Shown here in pieces: positions 1-8,430 of a stretch of DNA of 32,000 nucleotides; position 1 is the stretch's first letter; each line of letters starts with the position of its first letter. Source of the stretch: Psychrobacter cryohalolentis K5. GTDB lineage: Bacteria > Pseudomonadota > Gammaproteobacteria > Pseudomonadales > Moraxellaceae. Location: the NCBI RefSeq assembly GCF_000013905.1, contig NC_007969.1, positions 1,860,001 to 1,892,000 of the forward strand, in the 5' to 3' direction. Made by a program: the position numbers and the translations under genes. The notes below the pieces were generated by a model that worked only from the letters and a program-made list of their open reading frames with translations, did no database searches and was not told the DNA's origin.

Positions 1-886
1 ATAGCTCAGTTGCTTTAGCGCCCATTGGTGTCTCTACATGCGTGTCTTGAGCGGTTTGCATGGCAAGGTTAAGATCCTTTTGCATCAGCTTACTCATAAA
101 GCCGCCTTGATAGCCATTGCTCGATGGGACATTTTCCATCACTTGCGGGTACGGGTTGTAGACCTCTAGCGTCCAGTTACGACCGGAGCTTTGTAGCATG
201 ATATCGGATAGTACCTTTGGATCGAGACCATTTTTGACACCTAGATTAATCGCCTCTGCCGTTCCTGCCATCAGAATTCCAAGCAGCATGTTATTACAGA
301 TTTTAGCTACTTGTCCTGCACCATGCTCGCCTGCGTGGAAGATATTTTTTCCCATTACAGCCAGTATCGGTTCAGCTTTGGCAAAGGCTGCATCGTCTCC
401 ACCAACGATAAAGGTCAATGTGCCAGCGATAGCGCCACCTGTACCGCCAGAGACTGGCGCATCTAAAAAATCAATACCAAGCTTACTTGCAACTTCTGCT
501 ACTTTCCTAGCATCAGCTGCTGCTATGGTACTGCTATCGATAACCAAAGTACCTTTTGGTAAGTCTACAAGTAGACCGTCAGAGCTACCTTCTCCTAGAT
601 AGACAGAATGCACGTGCTTGCCAGCAGGTAACATACTGATAATCACTTGGGCATTTTGAGCAGCATCTTTCGGACTCTCTGCTATATTGGCACCCGCTTG
701 TTGCAAGCGCGCGGTCGCCTCTACAGATAAATCATAAACCGATAGCGTATAACCTGCCTTTAACAAGTTTGCTGCCATTGGACCGCCCATGTTACCTAGT
801 CCAATAAAGGCGATATTTGGCTTTGCTGTATTACCATCATTATCAGTCGTAGTTGTACTACTTGAACCTGTATCCTTTGTAGCCAT
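1..886 (-). CDS. mmsB: 3-hydroxyisobutyrate dehydrogenase (partial; C-terminus runs off the left window edge)
   Basis: Open minus-strand frame from ATG at 886-884 to the window edge. It is absent from the ORF track because it is truncated. Hand translation starts MATKDTGSSSTTTTDNDGNTAKPNIAFIGLGNMGGPMAANLLKAGY, and LDAPVSGG occurs further on. These are the Rossmann and catalytic-region motifs of the 3-hydroxyisobutyrate dehydrogenase family. AAGGAG lies 7 nt upstream of the ATG. It is the last gene of the valine-catabolism string. Confidence 0.85.
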   Translation of the reverse strand, partial: MATKDTGSSSTTTTDNDGNTAKPNIAFIGLGNMGGPMAANLLKAGYTLSVYDLSVEATARLQQAGANIAESPKDAAQNAQVIISMLPAGKHVHSVYLGEGSSDGLLVDLPKGTLVIDSSTIAAADARKVAEVASKLGIDFLDAPVSGGTGGAIAGTLTFIVGGDDAAFAKAEPILAVMGKNIFHAGEHGAGQVAKICNNMLLGILMAGTAEAINLGVKNGLDPKVLSDIMLQSSGRNWTLEVYNPYPQVMENVPSSNGYQGGFMSKLMQKDLNLAMQTAQDTHVETPMGAKATEL

Positions 887-997
887 CTCATCGCTCCTTG
901 ATGATTGATTATGCAATTAGTTTTAATTTTTCAAATTTCACTTAATCTAGTCACTTAATCCAGTTAAGTTAGCTTAAATCAGATGCTAAATATCTGG

Positions 998-2242
998 TTA
1001 GCGAACCGCTTCATTACCCAATGCAGCAGCGCTAAGCCAATCGCCTAACGGATGCTCATCTTTAGCATAAGGATTGATAAAGTGCTGCTGTATGTACGCC
1101 TGCCCTTCGCTACTCAAGCAGTCTGCTAGTGAGCGTGACCACTGTGGATTACGATCTTTATCAATCAGTAGCGCACGTACGCCTTCTTTAAAGTCAGGAT
1201 TGGCGGCACAATGTACAGCGACATTGGCTTCTAAATACAGAACTTGCTCTAGCGATAAATCCGTCACCTTATGATATAGCGCATAGGTCAATGCCGCAGT
1301 CACTGGACAGCCATGTCGATAGGTTGCAATGGCTCGTTGTGCCCAACTGTCGGTAGCAAAATCTGTATCAAGTTGTGTGAGCGCCTCATCATTTTGTAAT
1401 AGCGCATCGATATCACCCAAACCGCCTCTGTTCATTAGTTGCTGAATAGCACACCAATGCTGTGCAAGCTTACTAGCAGGCAATTCAGCAACAGGCTGCG
1501 CCCCCAATGCCCGACTCACGATACTATGGGCGCTGTTGTTACTTTCTTTATTGTGCTTATTCTCTTTATTATTATCAGCTGCCGTTTGCCAGTCGCTCTG
1601 TGTTAAGCGCTGCATGATGGCATCATAATCCTGACTTCCAACCCCATATTCTGCTAAGTTGGTCAATAATGCATCGCTACCATTACACATCGCACCCGTC
1701 AATCCCAAGAACAAACCAGTTTTAGCCGGCATGCGCTGCAAAAACCAACTGCCAGAAGCATCAGGGAATAAGCCTATGGTAATCTCAGGCATGGCAAAAC
1801 GGGTACGCTCAGTGACCAGACGATGACTACAGCCTGCCATCAAACCCATACCGCCGCCCATAATGATGCCATCGCCCCACAAGATTAATGGTTTGGGATA
1901 AAAGTGCATTTGTCGATAAAGACTATATTCATGACCAAAAAAATCCGTCGCATAAGGATTTGGCATAGGCGCTGTTGCTGACATACTGTCATATAACCTA
2001 CGAATATCACCGCCTGCACAAAACGCTTTGTCGCCTGCGCCTTTTAATAGCAATGCCACTACTTGCTCATCACCTTGCCACTGCTCTAGTTGTTGCGATA
2101 ACAACTGACACATCTCAACGCTTAAGGCATTAAGAGATTTGGGCATATTTAACGTCATTATCCCAATAAGGTGACCACAATCTGTCGGTTCGGTGCTGAA
2201 TAATACCGGCGCCTCTAGTGTGCCTTCTATAGCTGCTGTCAT
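998..2242 (-). CDS. 3-hydroxyisobutyryl-CoA hydrolase (crotonase superfamily)
   Basis: 414-aa ORF with crotonase oxyanion-hole motifs KAFCAGGDIRRLY and IIMGGGMGLMAG. Its length and C-terminal domain are typical of HIBCH-type hydrolases. It sits between an enoyl-CoA hydratase and mmsB. It carries an Asn/Lys-rich insert, DNNKENKHNKESNNSAHS. Confidence 0.8.
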   Translation of the reverse strand: MTAAIEGTLEAPVLFSTEPTDCGHLIGIMTLNMPKSLNALSVEMCQLLSQQLEQWQGDEQVVALLLKGAGDKAFCAGGDIRRLYDSMSATAPMPNPYATDFFGHEYSLYRQMHFYPKPLILWGDGIIMGGGMGLMAGCSHRLVTERTRFAMPEITIGLFPDASGSWFLQRMPAKTGLFLGLTGAMCNGSDALLTNLAEYGVGSQDYDAIMQRLTQSDWQTAADNNKENKHNKESNNSAHSIVSRALGAQPVAELPASKLAQHWCAIQQLMNRGGLGDIDALLQNDEALTQLDTDFATDSWAQRAIATYRHGCPVTAALTYALYHKVTDLSLEQVLYLEANVAVHCAANPDFKEGVRALLIDKDRNPQWSRSLADCLSSEGQAYIQQHFINPYAKDEHPLGDWLSAAALGNEAVR

Positions 2243-2301
2243 AAATGTGACCTACAAATATTAAAAGAAAAATAGTATCATTAAGTTTGATTCTATGGCG
2301 T

Positions 2302-3084
2302 TTATTTATTTTGCCAAACAGGCTTACGCTTCTCTAAAAATGCTTGCACACCTTCGCGCTGATCTTCAGTATCGAACAATTTAACAAAGGCTTCACGCTC
2401 ATGGATAAGGTTTTGCGCAGGTGGTGTGTGTCTTGCTGCTTGAATAAGTTTTTTGGAATAACTGACTGCAACTGGTGATTGTTTAGCAGCTTTTTGCGCC
2501 AATGCTTGTGCTGTTTGTAATCCTTCACCTTTCGCAGCAACTTCTTCGACTAAGCCAATGCGTAGCGCAGTCTCGGCATCGACGCGCTCACCGCATAATA
2601 TCATACGCTTTGCCCACCCTTCGCCTACCAAAGCCGTTAGATTTTGTGTACCACCGGCACACGGCAACAAGCCAACGCCTGTCTCAGGTAGCGCCATTTG
2701 AGCATGATCTTCTGCGATACGGATATCACAAGCAAGCGCACACTCAAGACCGCCGCCCATCGCATAGCCATTGATCACTGCAATGCTAACGCCGCGATAG
2801 GCTGACAGTGCTTCAAATGCTTCACCAAACGCTATCGCCATACTGATTGCGCGACCTTTATCACCATCTGCAAAATTATTTAGATCGGCGCCCGCTGAAA
2901 AGAATTTATCACCATCACCATGAACGATTAGTGCATATACCTCATCATTGGCATTGAGATCAGTGACCAGTTGCTTAAGCGCCTTAAGACTGTCCATCGT
3001 CCATGTATGAGCAGGTGGGTTGTTTAGGGTTAATGTCGCAGTATGACCATCAATCGATAGTTTTAAGTTGGTATAATCCGTCAT
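2302..3084 (-). CDS. enoyl-CoA hydratase (methacrylyl-CoA hydratase-like)
   Basis: Crotonase motifs KFFSAGADLNNF and YAMGGGLECALACD. The ORF track starts at a TTG at 3090. The ATG at 3084 (MTDYTN...) has an AAGGA 9 nt upstream and is the more likely start. Confidence 0.85.
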   Translation of the reverse strand: MTDYTNLKLSIDGHTATLTLNNPPAHTWTMDSLKALKQLVTDLNANDEVYALIVHGDGDKFFSAGADLNNFADGDKGRAISMAIAFGEAFEALSAYRGVSIAVINGYAMGGGLECALACDIRIAEDHAQMALPETGVGLLPCAGGTQNLTALVGEGWAKRMILCGERVDAETALRIGLVEEVAAKGEGLQTAQALAQKAAKQSPVAVSYSKKLIQAARHTPPAQNLIHEREAFVKLFDTEDQREGVQAFLEKRKPVWQNK

Positions 3085-3129
3085 GATCAAACATCCTTAT
3101 CATAAAATCATTTTATTCATATAAATAGG

Positions 3130-4290
3130 TTAGCGCAGTTGGCTCAATGCATCGTCTTGTAATAGCTGACGCGAGACAATCACGCGCATAATCTCATTGG
3201 TGCCTTCCAAAATCTGATGCACACGCAAATCTCGCACATGACGCTCAAGCGGATACTCATTGAGATAGCCGTAACCACCGTGTAGTTGCAGAGCTTCGTT
3301 AGCGACATCAAAACAAAGATCGGTCGATAAACGCTTTGCCATCGCACAATAAGTAGAGGCTTGCGCATCGTTATTGTCGACTTTGCTCGCCGCTAAATAC
3401 AGCATTTGCCGTGCCGTGATGGTTTGAGTCAACATATCAGCAAGCTTAAACTGTACCGACTGTAAGCTGGCAATCGGGCTGCCAAACTGACTGCGCTCTT
3501 GCACGTAATTGGTCGCTGTCTCAAGCGCTGCTTGCGCTGTTCCTACTGCACAGATACCAATATTAATTCGACCGCCATCTAACCCTTTCATAGCGATACG
3601 AAAGCCTTGACCTTCTTCGCCGATGAGGTTCTCTACTGGCACTTTGACATCTTTAAAGCTTATCGTCCGTGTTGGCTGTGCTTTCCAGCCCATTTTATGC
3701 TCGTTTTTGCCGTATTCAATACCAGCACTATCGGCATCAACCACGAATGCTGAAATCCCCTTTGGTCCTGCAGCGCCCGTACGCGCCATAACGACCAACA
3801 CATCGGTTGAGCCGGCCCCTGAAATAAAGGTTTTTTCACCGTTCAGCACATAATACTCGCCTTGCTTATCGGCTTTGGTACGTAATGATGCGGCATCAGA
3901 ACCGGCATTAGGTTCTGTTAAGCAGTAGCTGCCAAGCCATTCACCACTGACCATATTTGGCAAATATTTTTTGCACAATGTATCACTGCCAAACTCACCA
4001 ATCATCCAGCCTGCCATATTATGAATACTCATATAAGCAGCCACCGCGGTATCACCCCATGCTAGCTCTTCAAAAACCATGGCAGAATCTAAACGCGGCA
4101 AGCCCAAGCCATCATACTCAGGGTTGGTATATAACCCTAAAAAGCCAAGCTCGCCTGATTTTTTAATCACATCAATTGGGAAGTGCGAAGTGCGATCCCA
4201 TTCAGCAGCGTTGGGCTTAAGCTCTTTTTGGGCAAACTGTCTAGCAGTTTGGCGAAAGGCAATTTGGTCATCGGTTAATGAAAAATCCAT
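3130..4290 (-). CDS. acyl-CoA dehydrogenase (isobutyryl-CoA dehydrogenase-like by context)
   Basis: 386-aa ORF with ACAD motifs CLTEPNAGSDA and ILEGTNEIMR. AAGGA lies 7 nt upstream of the ATG. It is embedded in the valine-degradation operon. Confidence 0.85.
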   Translation of the reverse strand: MDFSLTDDQIAFRQTARQFAQKELKPNAAEWDRTSHFPIDVIKKSGELGFLGLYTNPEYDGLGLPRLDSAMVFEELAWGDTAVAAYMSIHNMAGWMIGEFGSDTLCKKYLPNMVSGEWLGSYCLTEPNAGSDAASLRTKADKQGEYYVLNGEKTFISGAGSTDVLVVMARTGAAGPKGISAFVVDADSAGIEYGKNEHKMGWKAQPTRTISFKDVKVPVENLIGEEGQGFRIAMKGLDGGRINIGICAVGTAQAALETATNYVQERSQFGSPIASLQSVQFKLADMLTQTITARQMLYLAASKVDNNDAQASTYCAMAKRLSTDLCFDVANEALQLHGGYGYLNEYPLERHVRDLRVHQILEGTNEIMRVIVSRQLLQDDALSQLR

Positions 4291-4353
4291 GGGGTCATCC
4301 TTGTGCTGAATAGGGTATATTAAGTCGTCAGTGCAAATATAGGTGATTCAGCG

Positions 4354-5838
4354 TTAAATTGAAATAGTCGTATTGACACCGCGACTTGCCTCATCATCAA
4401 ACCAGCGTGCCGTAACGGTTTTAGTTTGGGTATAAAATTGCACCGCTTGCTTACCATAAGGACCTAAATCACCAAGCTTACTAGCACGTGAGCCTGAAAA
4501 CGAGAACATCGGTAGTGGCACAGGAATTGGCAAGTTAATACCGATTTGACCGACTTGGATATCTTGCTGGAACTTATGCGCGGCAGCCCCTGACTGAGTA
4601 AAGATAGCGGTACCATTACCATGCGGGTTGGCATTGAGCAGCTCAATTGCCTCATCTAAGCTATTGGCACGCATGATGCACAGTACAGGTCCAAAGATTT
4701 CTTCTTTGTAAATTTGCATGTCGCTTGTGACGTTATCAAAGATAGTTGGACCAACGAAGTTGCCTTTCTCATACCCTTCAACCGTAATACCACGACCATC
4801 AAGCAATAGACTGGCTCCCTCTTCTACACCAGTACCAATCAAATGCTCAACACGCGCTTTTGCTGCAGGAGAAATCAGTGGACCCAAATCTTTATCGTGC
4901 TTACCGGCTGAGACGATTAAACCTTCTGCTTTGGCCTTGATGTCATCAATCCACTCACCAGCAGCACCGACAAGGACAACGACAGACAGTGCCATACAAC
5001 GCTGACCGGCAGCACCAAATGCGGCACCTGCTAGCTGATTAAGAGTCTGCTCTTTATTGGCATCCGGCAAGATAACGCCATGGTTTTTTGCGCCCATCAT
5101 ACACTGAGCACGTTTGCCTGATTGACTGGCACGCTCATAAACATGTTTGCCGACATTGGTCGAACCGACAAAAGAAACTGCTTTAATATCAGGATGATCA
5201 CAAATCGCATCAACGGTGGCTTTGCCGCCATGTACGACGTTTAGCACTCCTTCAGGCACACCCGCTTCAACCGCAAGTTCAACCAAACGCATGGTCACCA
5301 TCGGATCTTGTTCAGAAGGTTTTAAGATAAAAGTATTACCCGTGGCAATCGCCATTGGAAACATCCACAGTGGAATCATCGCTGGGAAGTTGAACGGCGT
5401 AATGCCTGCACAAACACCAAGTGGCTGCCAAATACTGTAAGTATCAACACCTGATGCAACGTTTTCAACAAAGTCCCCAATCTGCAGGTTTGCAATGCCT
5501 GCTGCATGCTCGACTACCTCTAAACCTCGGAATACATCACCACGCGCATCAGCAATGGTCTTGCCCTGCTCTGCAGTCAAGATCTCTGCTAATTCATCCA
5601 TATGGTCGCGAATCAGTGCTTGGTACTTTAAAAAGATACGAGCACGAGTGGTAATTGGTGTTTTACGCCACGTTTGAAAAGCCGTTTGAGCGGCAGCGAC
5701 TGCTTGATTGATTTCATCGTCTGTCGTTTGCGGTACCTTGGCAATGACTTCTTGAGTGGCAGGATCGGTAATATCAATCCATTCGCTAGTATTAGAATCA
5801 ACAAATTGACCATTGATGAGCTGCTTGACGTGGTGCAT
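4354..5838 (-). CDS. mmsA: methylmalonate-semialdehyde dehydrogenase (CoA-acylating)
   Basis: 494-aa aldehyde dehydrogenase with the catalytic Cys motif AAGQRCMAL and the NAD-binding motif [18 protein letters not shown] lies 6 nt upstream of the ATG. It is the first gene of the mmsA-acd-ech-hibch-mmsB string. Confidence 0.9.
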   Translation of the reverse strand: MHHVKQLINGQFVDSNTSEWIDITDPATQEVIAKVPQTTDDEINQAVAAAQTAFQTWRKTPITTRARIFLKYQALIRDHMDELAEILTAEQGKTIADARGDVFRGLEVVEHAAGIANLQIGDFVENVASGVDTYSIWQPLGVCAGITPFNFPAMIPLWMFPMAIATGNTFILKPSEQDPMVTMRLVELAVEAGVPEGVLNVVHGGKATVDAICDHPDIKAVSFVGSTNVGKHVYERASQSGKRAQCMMGAKNHGVILPDANKEQTLNQLAGAAFGAAGQRCMALSVVVLVGAAGEWIDDIKAKAEGLIVSAGKHDKDLGPLISPAAKARVEHLIGTGVEEGASLLLDGRGITVEGYEKGNFVGPTIFDNVTSDMQIYKEEIFGPVLCIMRANSLDEAIELLNANPHGNGTAIFTQSGAAAHKFQQDIQVGQIGINLPIPVPLPMFSFSGSRASKLGDLGPYGKQAVQFYTQTKTVTARWFDDEASRGVNTTISI

Positions 5839-5901
5839 AAGATATCCTTATCTTGTTTGTAAGACCGCCATTAGGTGACGGCTTAGAATTTTGAAGACTT
5901 T

Positions 5902-5915
5902 GAGTTTTAAAACTC
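5902..5915. promoter_or_regulatory. perfect 14-bp palindrome GAGTTTTAAAACTC upstream of mmsA (candidate operator)
   Basis: Read directly from the sequence. It is self-complementary over all 14 nt and lies 64-77 bp upstream of the mmsA start codon, in an AT-rich promoter region. Confidence 0.3.
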
Positions 5916-6093
5916 TAAATTTAAAAACTTAAAATTTATCATTCTGTCATATAATTTTAAAATGATTTATTTCGTATCGTTATTGACTATAACAATAAAA
6001 CAATTTTAGGGTCAAGCTCTTTATGCTGCTTTTAGTAAAGTTAACGTTAATGTCCGATTTATATACCATAATCCATAAGCTATTAACGACAAT

Positions 6094-6125
6094 AAAAAAG
6101 CCCATGAGCATTCATGAGCTTTTTT
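6094..6125 (-). terminator. rho-independent terminator downstream of the prpE-like gene
   Basis: AAAAAAGC-C-CATGA [GCAT] TCATG-A-GCTTTTTT. The stem has one mismatch and is flanked by an A6 run and a T6 run. It lies 38 nt after the stop of the minus-strand gene ending at 6163. Confidence 0.7.
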
Positions 6126-6162
6126 AGATAAAGGTAGTTTTAAAACGTGCCTGAAAATGCGC

Positions 6163-8208
6163 CTAGTAATCCTTCATAGATTGCTTGACCGCATCAATAG
6201 CCGTTGGATTATCAAGGGTAGACATATCACCAGTGGGTTTATCCTCTGCTAACGCCCGAATAGCACGGCGCAATATCTTACCAGAGCGCGTCTTTGGTAA
6301 TGCTTGCGGGAAATAAATCGCAGCAGGTCGCGCGATACCGCCTAAGGATTTCACCACCGCACCGATCACTTGCTGCTCAAGGCGAAAGCGGTTTTCAGTG
6401 GTTGCCACCAGTTCATGATCTTTTAACACGCAAAAAGCAATCGGCAGCTCGCCTTTTAGTTCATCTTGAATACCCACGACCGCACACTCTGCGACCTCTG
6501 CATGCATACTGATTGCCTCTTCAATCTCTTGGGTTCCCAGTCTATGACCGGCGACGTTGATGACATCATCGGTACGACCAAGGATATGAAAATAACCGTC
6601 CTCGTCAACGACTGCATAGTCCGATGTCGAATATTGATTGCTATCCGCTAAGCTAAAGTAGCTGTCAATAAAGCGCTTATCATTACCCCAAACTGTGGTC
6701 AAACAACCCGGTGGTAAGGGCGCACGAATCGCCAGTAAACCTTTTTCACCCGCTTTACACGGCTCGCCAGTTTCTTCATTGATGACCTGCGCATCGTAGC
6801 CATACATAGGATAGCCAGGTGAGCCTTGTTTGTGCGGTTTATCAGCGAACCTAGGAGTATTACTCAGAATAGGCCAACCTGATTCTGTCTGCCAATAATG
6901 GTCTAAAATCGGTACACCCAAATGCTTGGTCAGCCAGCTGGCAGTAGACTCATCTAGTGGCTCACCTGCCAAAAAGAAGGATTTGACGCTTGAGACATCG
7001 TAACGGGTCATCCATGTCTCATCTTGCTTTTTCAGCATACGCACACCAGTTGGTGCGGTGAATAAGATATTGACCTTGTTGGCCTCCACAATACGCCACC
7101 AGATACCAGGGTTTGGTAGATGCGGTAAGCCTTCATACATAACACTGGTCATGCCAGCAAGCAATGGCGCATAAATGGTATAAGAATGCCCAACGGCCCA
7201 ACCGATATCAGATATCGCCCAAAACGTCTCGCCTGCCTTACCGTCGTAGATATAGTCTATCGATGTGGTCAGTGCTACTGCATGACCACCGGTATCACGT
7301 TGCACACCTTTTGGTGTGCCCGTCGTACCAGAGGTATAAAGCAGATACGATGGCGTATTAGACTCAAGCCATACAGGCTCGACGATAGCATTGGCTTCAC
7401 AGCTGATACGGCGTTCAGTGGCATAATCCACATCTAGCTCTTTTACGTCAAACGGCAAAATACCACGATTGACCACTACTACATGCTCAGGCTTAGTGGT
7501 TGCCTGCTCGATACCTTGATTGACAAGGTTTTTATAGTTGACGACTTTACCACCACGCAAACCTGCATCCACTGTGATGACCATTTTTGCTTCAGCATCA
7601 TCCATACGAATGGCTAAATTATGGGCAGCAAAGCCACCAAATACCACCGAATGCACTGCACCGATACGCGCACAGGCGAGCATTGCATAAGCGGCCTCTA
7701 AAATCATCGGCATATAAATGATGACACGATCGCCCTTCTCAATACCGTAACGCTTTAATACATCGGCAAAATAATTCACTTCTTTATAAAGGTCGTTATA
7801 AGTCAGGCGGCGCTTGGTGTAGTCGGTATAGAACTCAACGTTATTACCCAAGTCTTTAAAAGCATCGACTACAGCAGGATAGGTTTCTACGAGTTCTTGA
7901 TTAATCTCTGATGACAGCCAAATAAAGGCATCCTGTTCTGCACGTTCTTCAAGGTGACGATCGACACAGTTATAGCAAAGATTGGTCTCGCCGCCAACAA
8001 ACCACTGCGCAAATGGCAAATTACTGTCATCAAGGATTTGCTCAGGCTCTTTATGCCAATAGATACGCTTGGCTTGCTCAGCCCAAAACTCTTCTTTATT
8101 TTCAATAGAAGACTGATAAATCTCAGCAAAGGTTTGAGTCGTATTTAGTGCTTGAAATGTTGGGGCTGACATTTGATTGGTCACTGCAGTGGCGGTTTGC
8201 GCGCTCAT
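6163..8208 (-). CDS. prpE: propionyl-CoA synthetase / acyl-CoA synthetase of the Acs-PrpE family
   Basis: AMP-binding motifs YTSGTTGTPKG and PKTRSGKILRR. The N-terminal EEFWAEQAKRIYW and overall collinearity match enterobacterial PrpE as I recall it. The ORF track starts at 8226, but the ATG at 8208 (MSAQTAT...) has an AAGGA 8 nt upstream. Confidence 0.75.
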   Translation of the reverse strand: MSAQTATAVTNQMSAPTFQALNTTQTFAEIYQSSIENKEEFWAEQAKRIYWHKEPEQILDDSNLPFAQWFVGGETNLCYNCVDRHLEERAEQDAFIWLSSEINQELVETYPAVVDAFKDLGNNVEFYTDYTKRRLTYNDLYKEVNYFADVLKRYGIEKGDRVIIYMPMILEAAYAMLACARIGAVHSVVFGGFAAHNLAIRMDDAEAKMVITVDAGLRGGKVVNYKNLVNQGIEQATTKPEHVVVVNRGILPFDVKELDVDYATERRISCEANAIVEPVWLESNTPSYLLYTSGTTGTPKGVQRDTGGHAVALTTSIDYIYDGKAGETFWAISDIGWAVGHSYTIYAPLLAGMTSVMYEGLPHLPNPGIWWRIVEANKVNILFTAPTGVRMLKKQDETWMTRYDVSSVKSFFLAGEPLDESTASWLTKHLGVPILDHYWQTESGWPILSNTPRFADKPHKQGSPGYPMYGYDAQVINEETGEPCKAGEKGLLAIRAPLPPGCLTTVWGNDKRFIDSYFSLADSNQYSTSDYAVVDEDGYFHILGRTDDVINVAGHRLGTQEIEEAISMHAEVAECAVVGIQDELKGELPIAFCVLKDHELVATTENRFRLEQQVIGAVVKSLGGIARPAAIYFPQALPKTRSGKILRRAIRALAEDKPTGDMSTLDNPTAIDAVKQSMKDY

Positions 8209-8310
8209 AATAGCTGTCCTTAGCATAAATGATGGGTAATGCGATGTGATTTGTCCGATAATATCATAATATAAGACTGGCTATCCCGGCCAGCTATCCT
8301 TACTAAATCA

Positions 8311-8353
8311 AAAAAACCGATACACTACGTATCGATTTAGTGTGTATCGGTTT
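8311..8353 (-). terminator. rho-independent terminator downstream of the fatty-acid-CoA ligase gene
   Basis: AAACCGATACAC ... GTGTATCGGTTT forms a 12-bp perfect stem. On the minus-strand transcript it is followed by a run of seven T (plus-strand aaaaaaa at 8311-8317). Confidence 0.75.
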
Positions 8354-8430
8354 AAAATGTAGCAGAGCCAATCATAAAGGTCAACTATTAAGCCTGTTAT
8401 CTGCTTAATAGTTGAGTTAGTTCAAAAAAA

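Noticed and set aside
198-602. 134-aa plus-strand ORF, plus many similar 60-160-aa ORFs in the track (for example 14848..15336, 15467..15871, 30804..31109, 19464..19649).
   Set aside because: All lie antisense to, or out of frame within, long ORFs that have clear family motifs. Their translations are low-complexity mirror images (Pro/Ser/Ala/Leu-rich) and lack ribosome-binding sites.
900-997. Direct repeat CACTTAATC x2 and a small hairpin ACTTAA-TCCAG-TTAAGT between the hydrolase and mmsB.
   Set aside because: These are very short elements within an operon spacer. They could be an RNA processing site, but nothing distinguishes them from chance.
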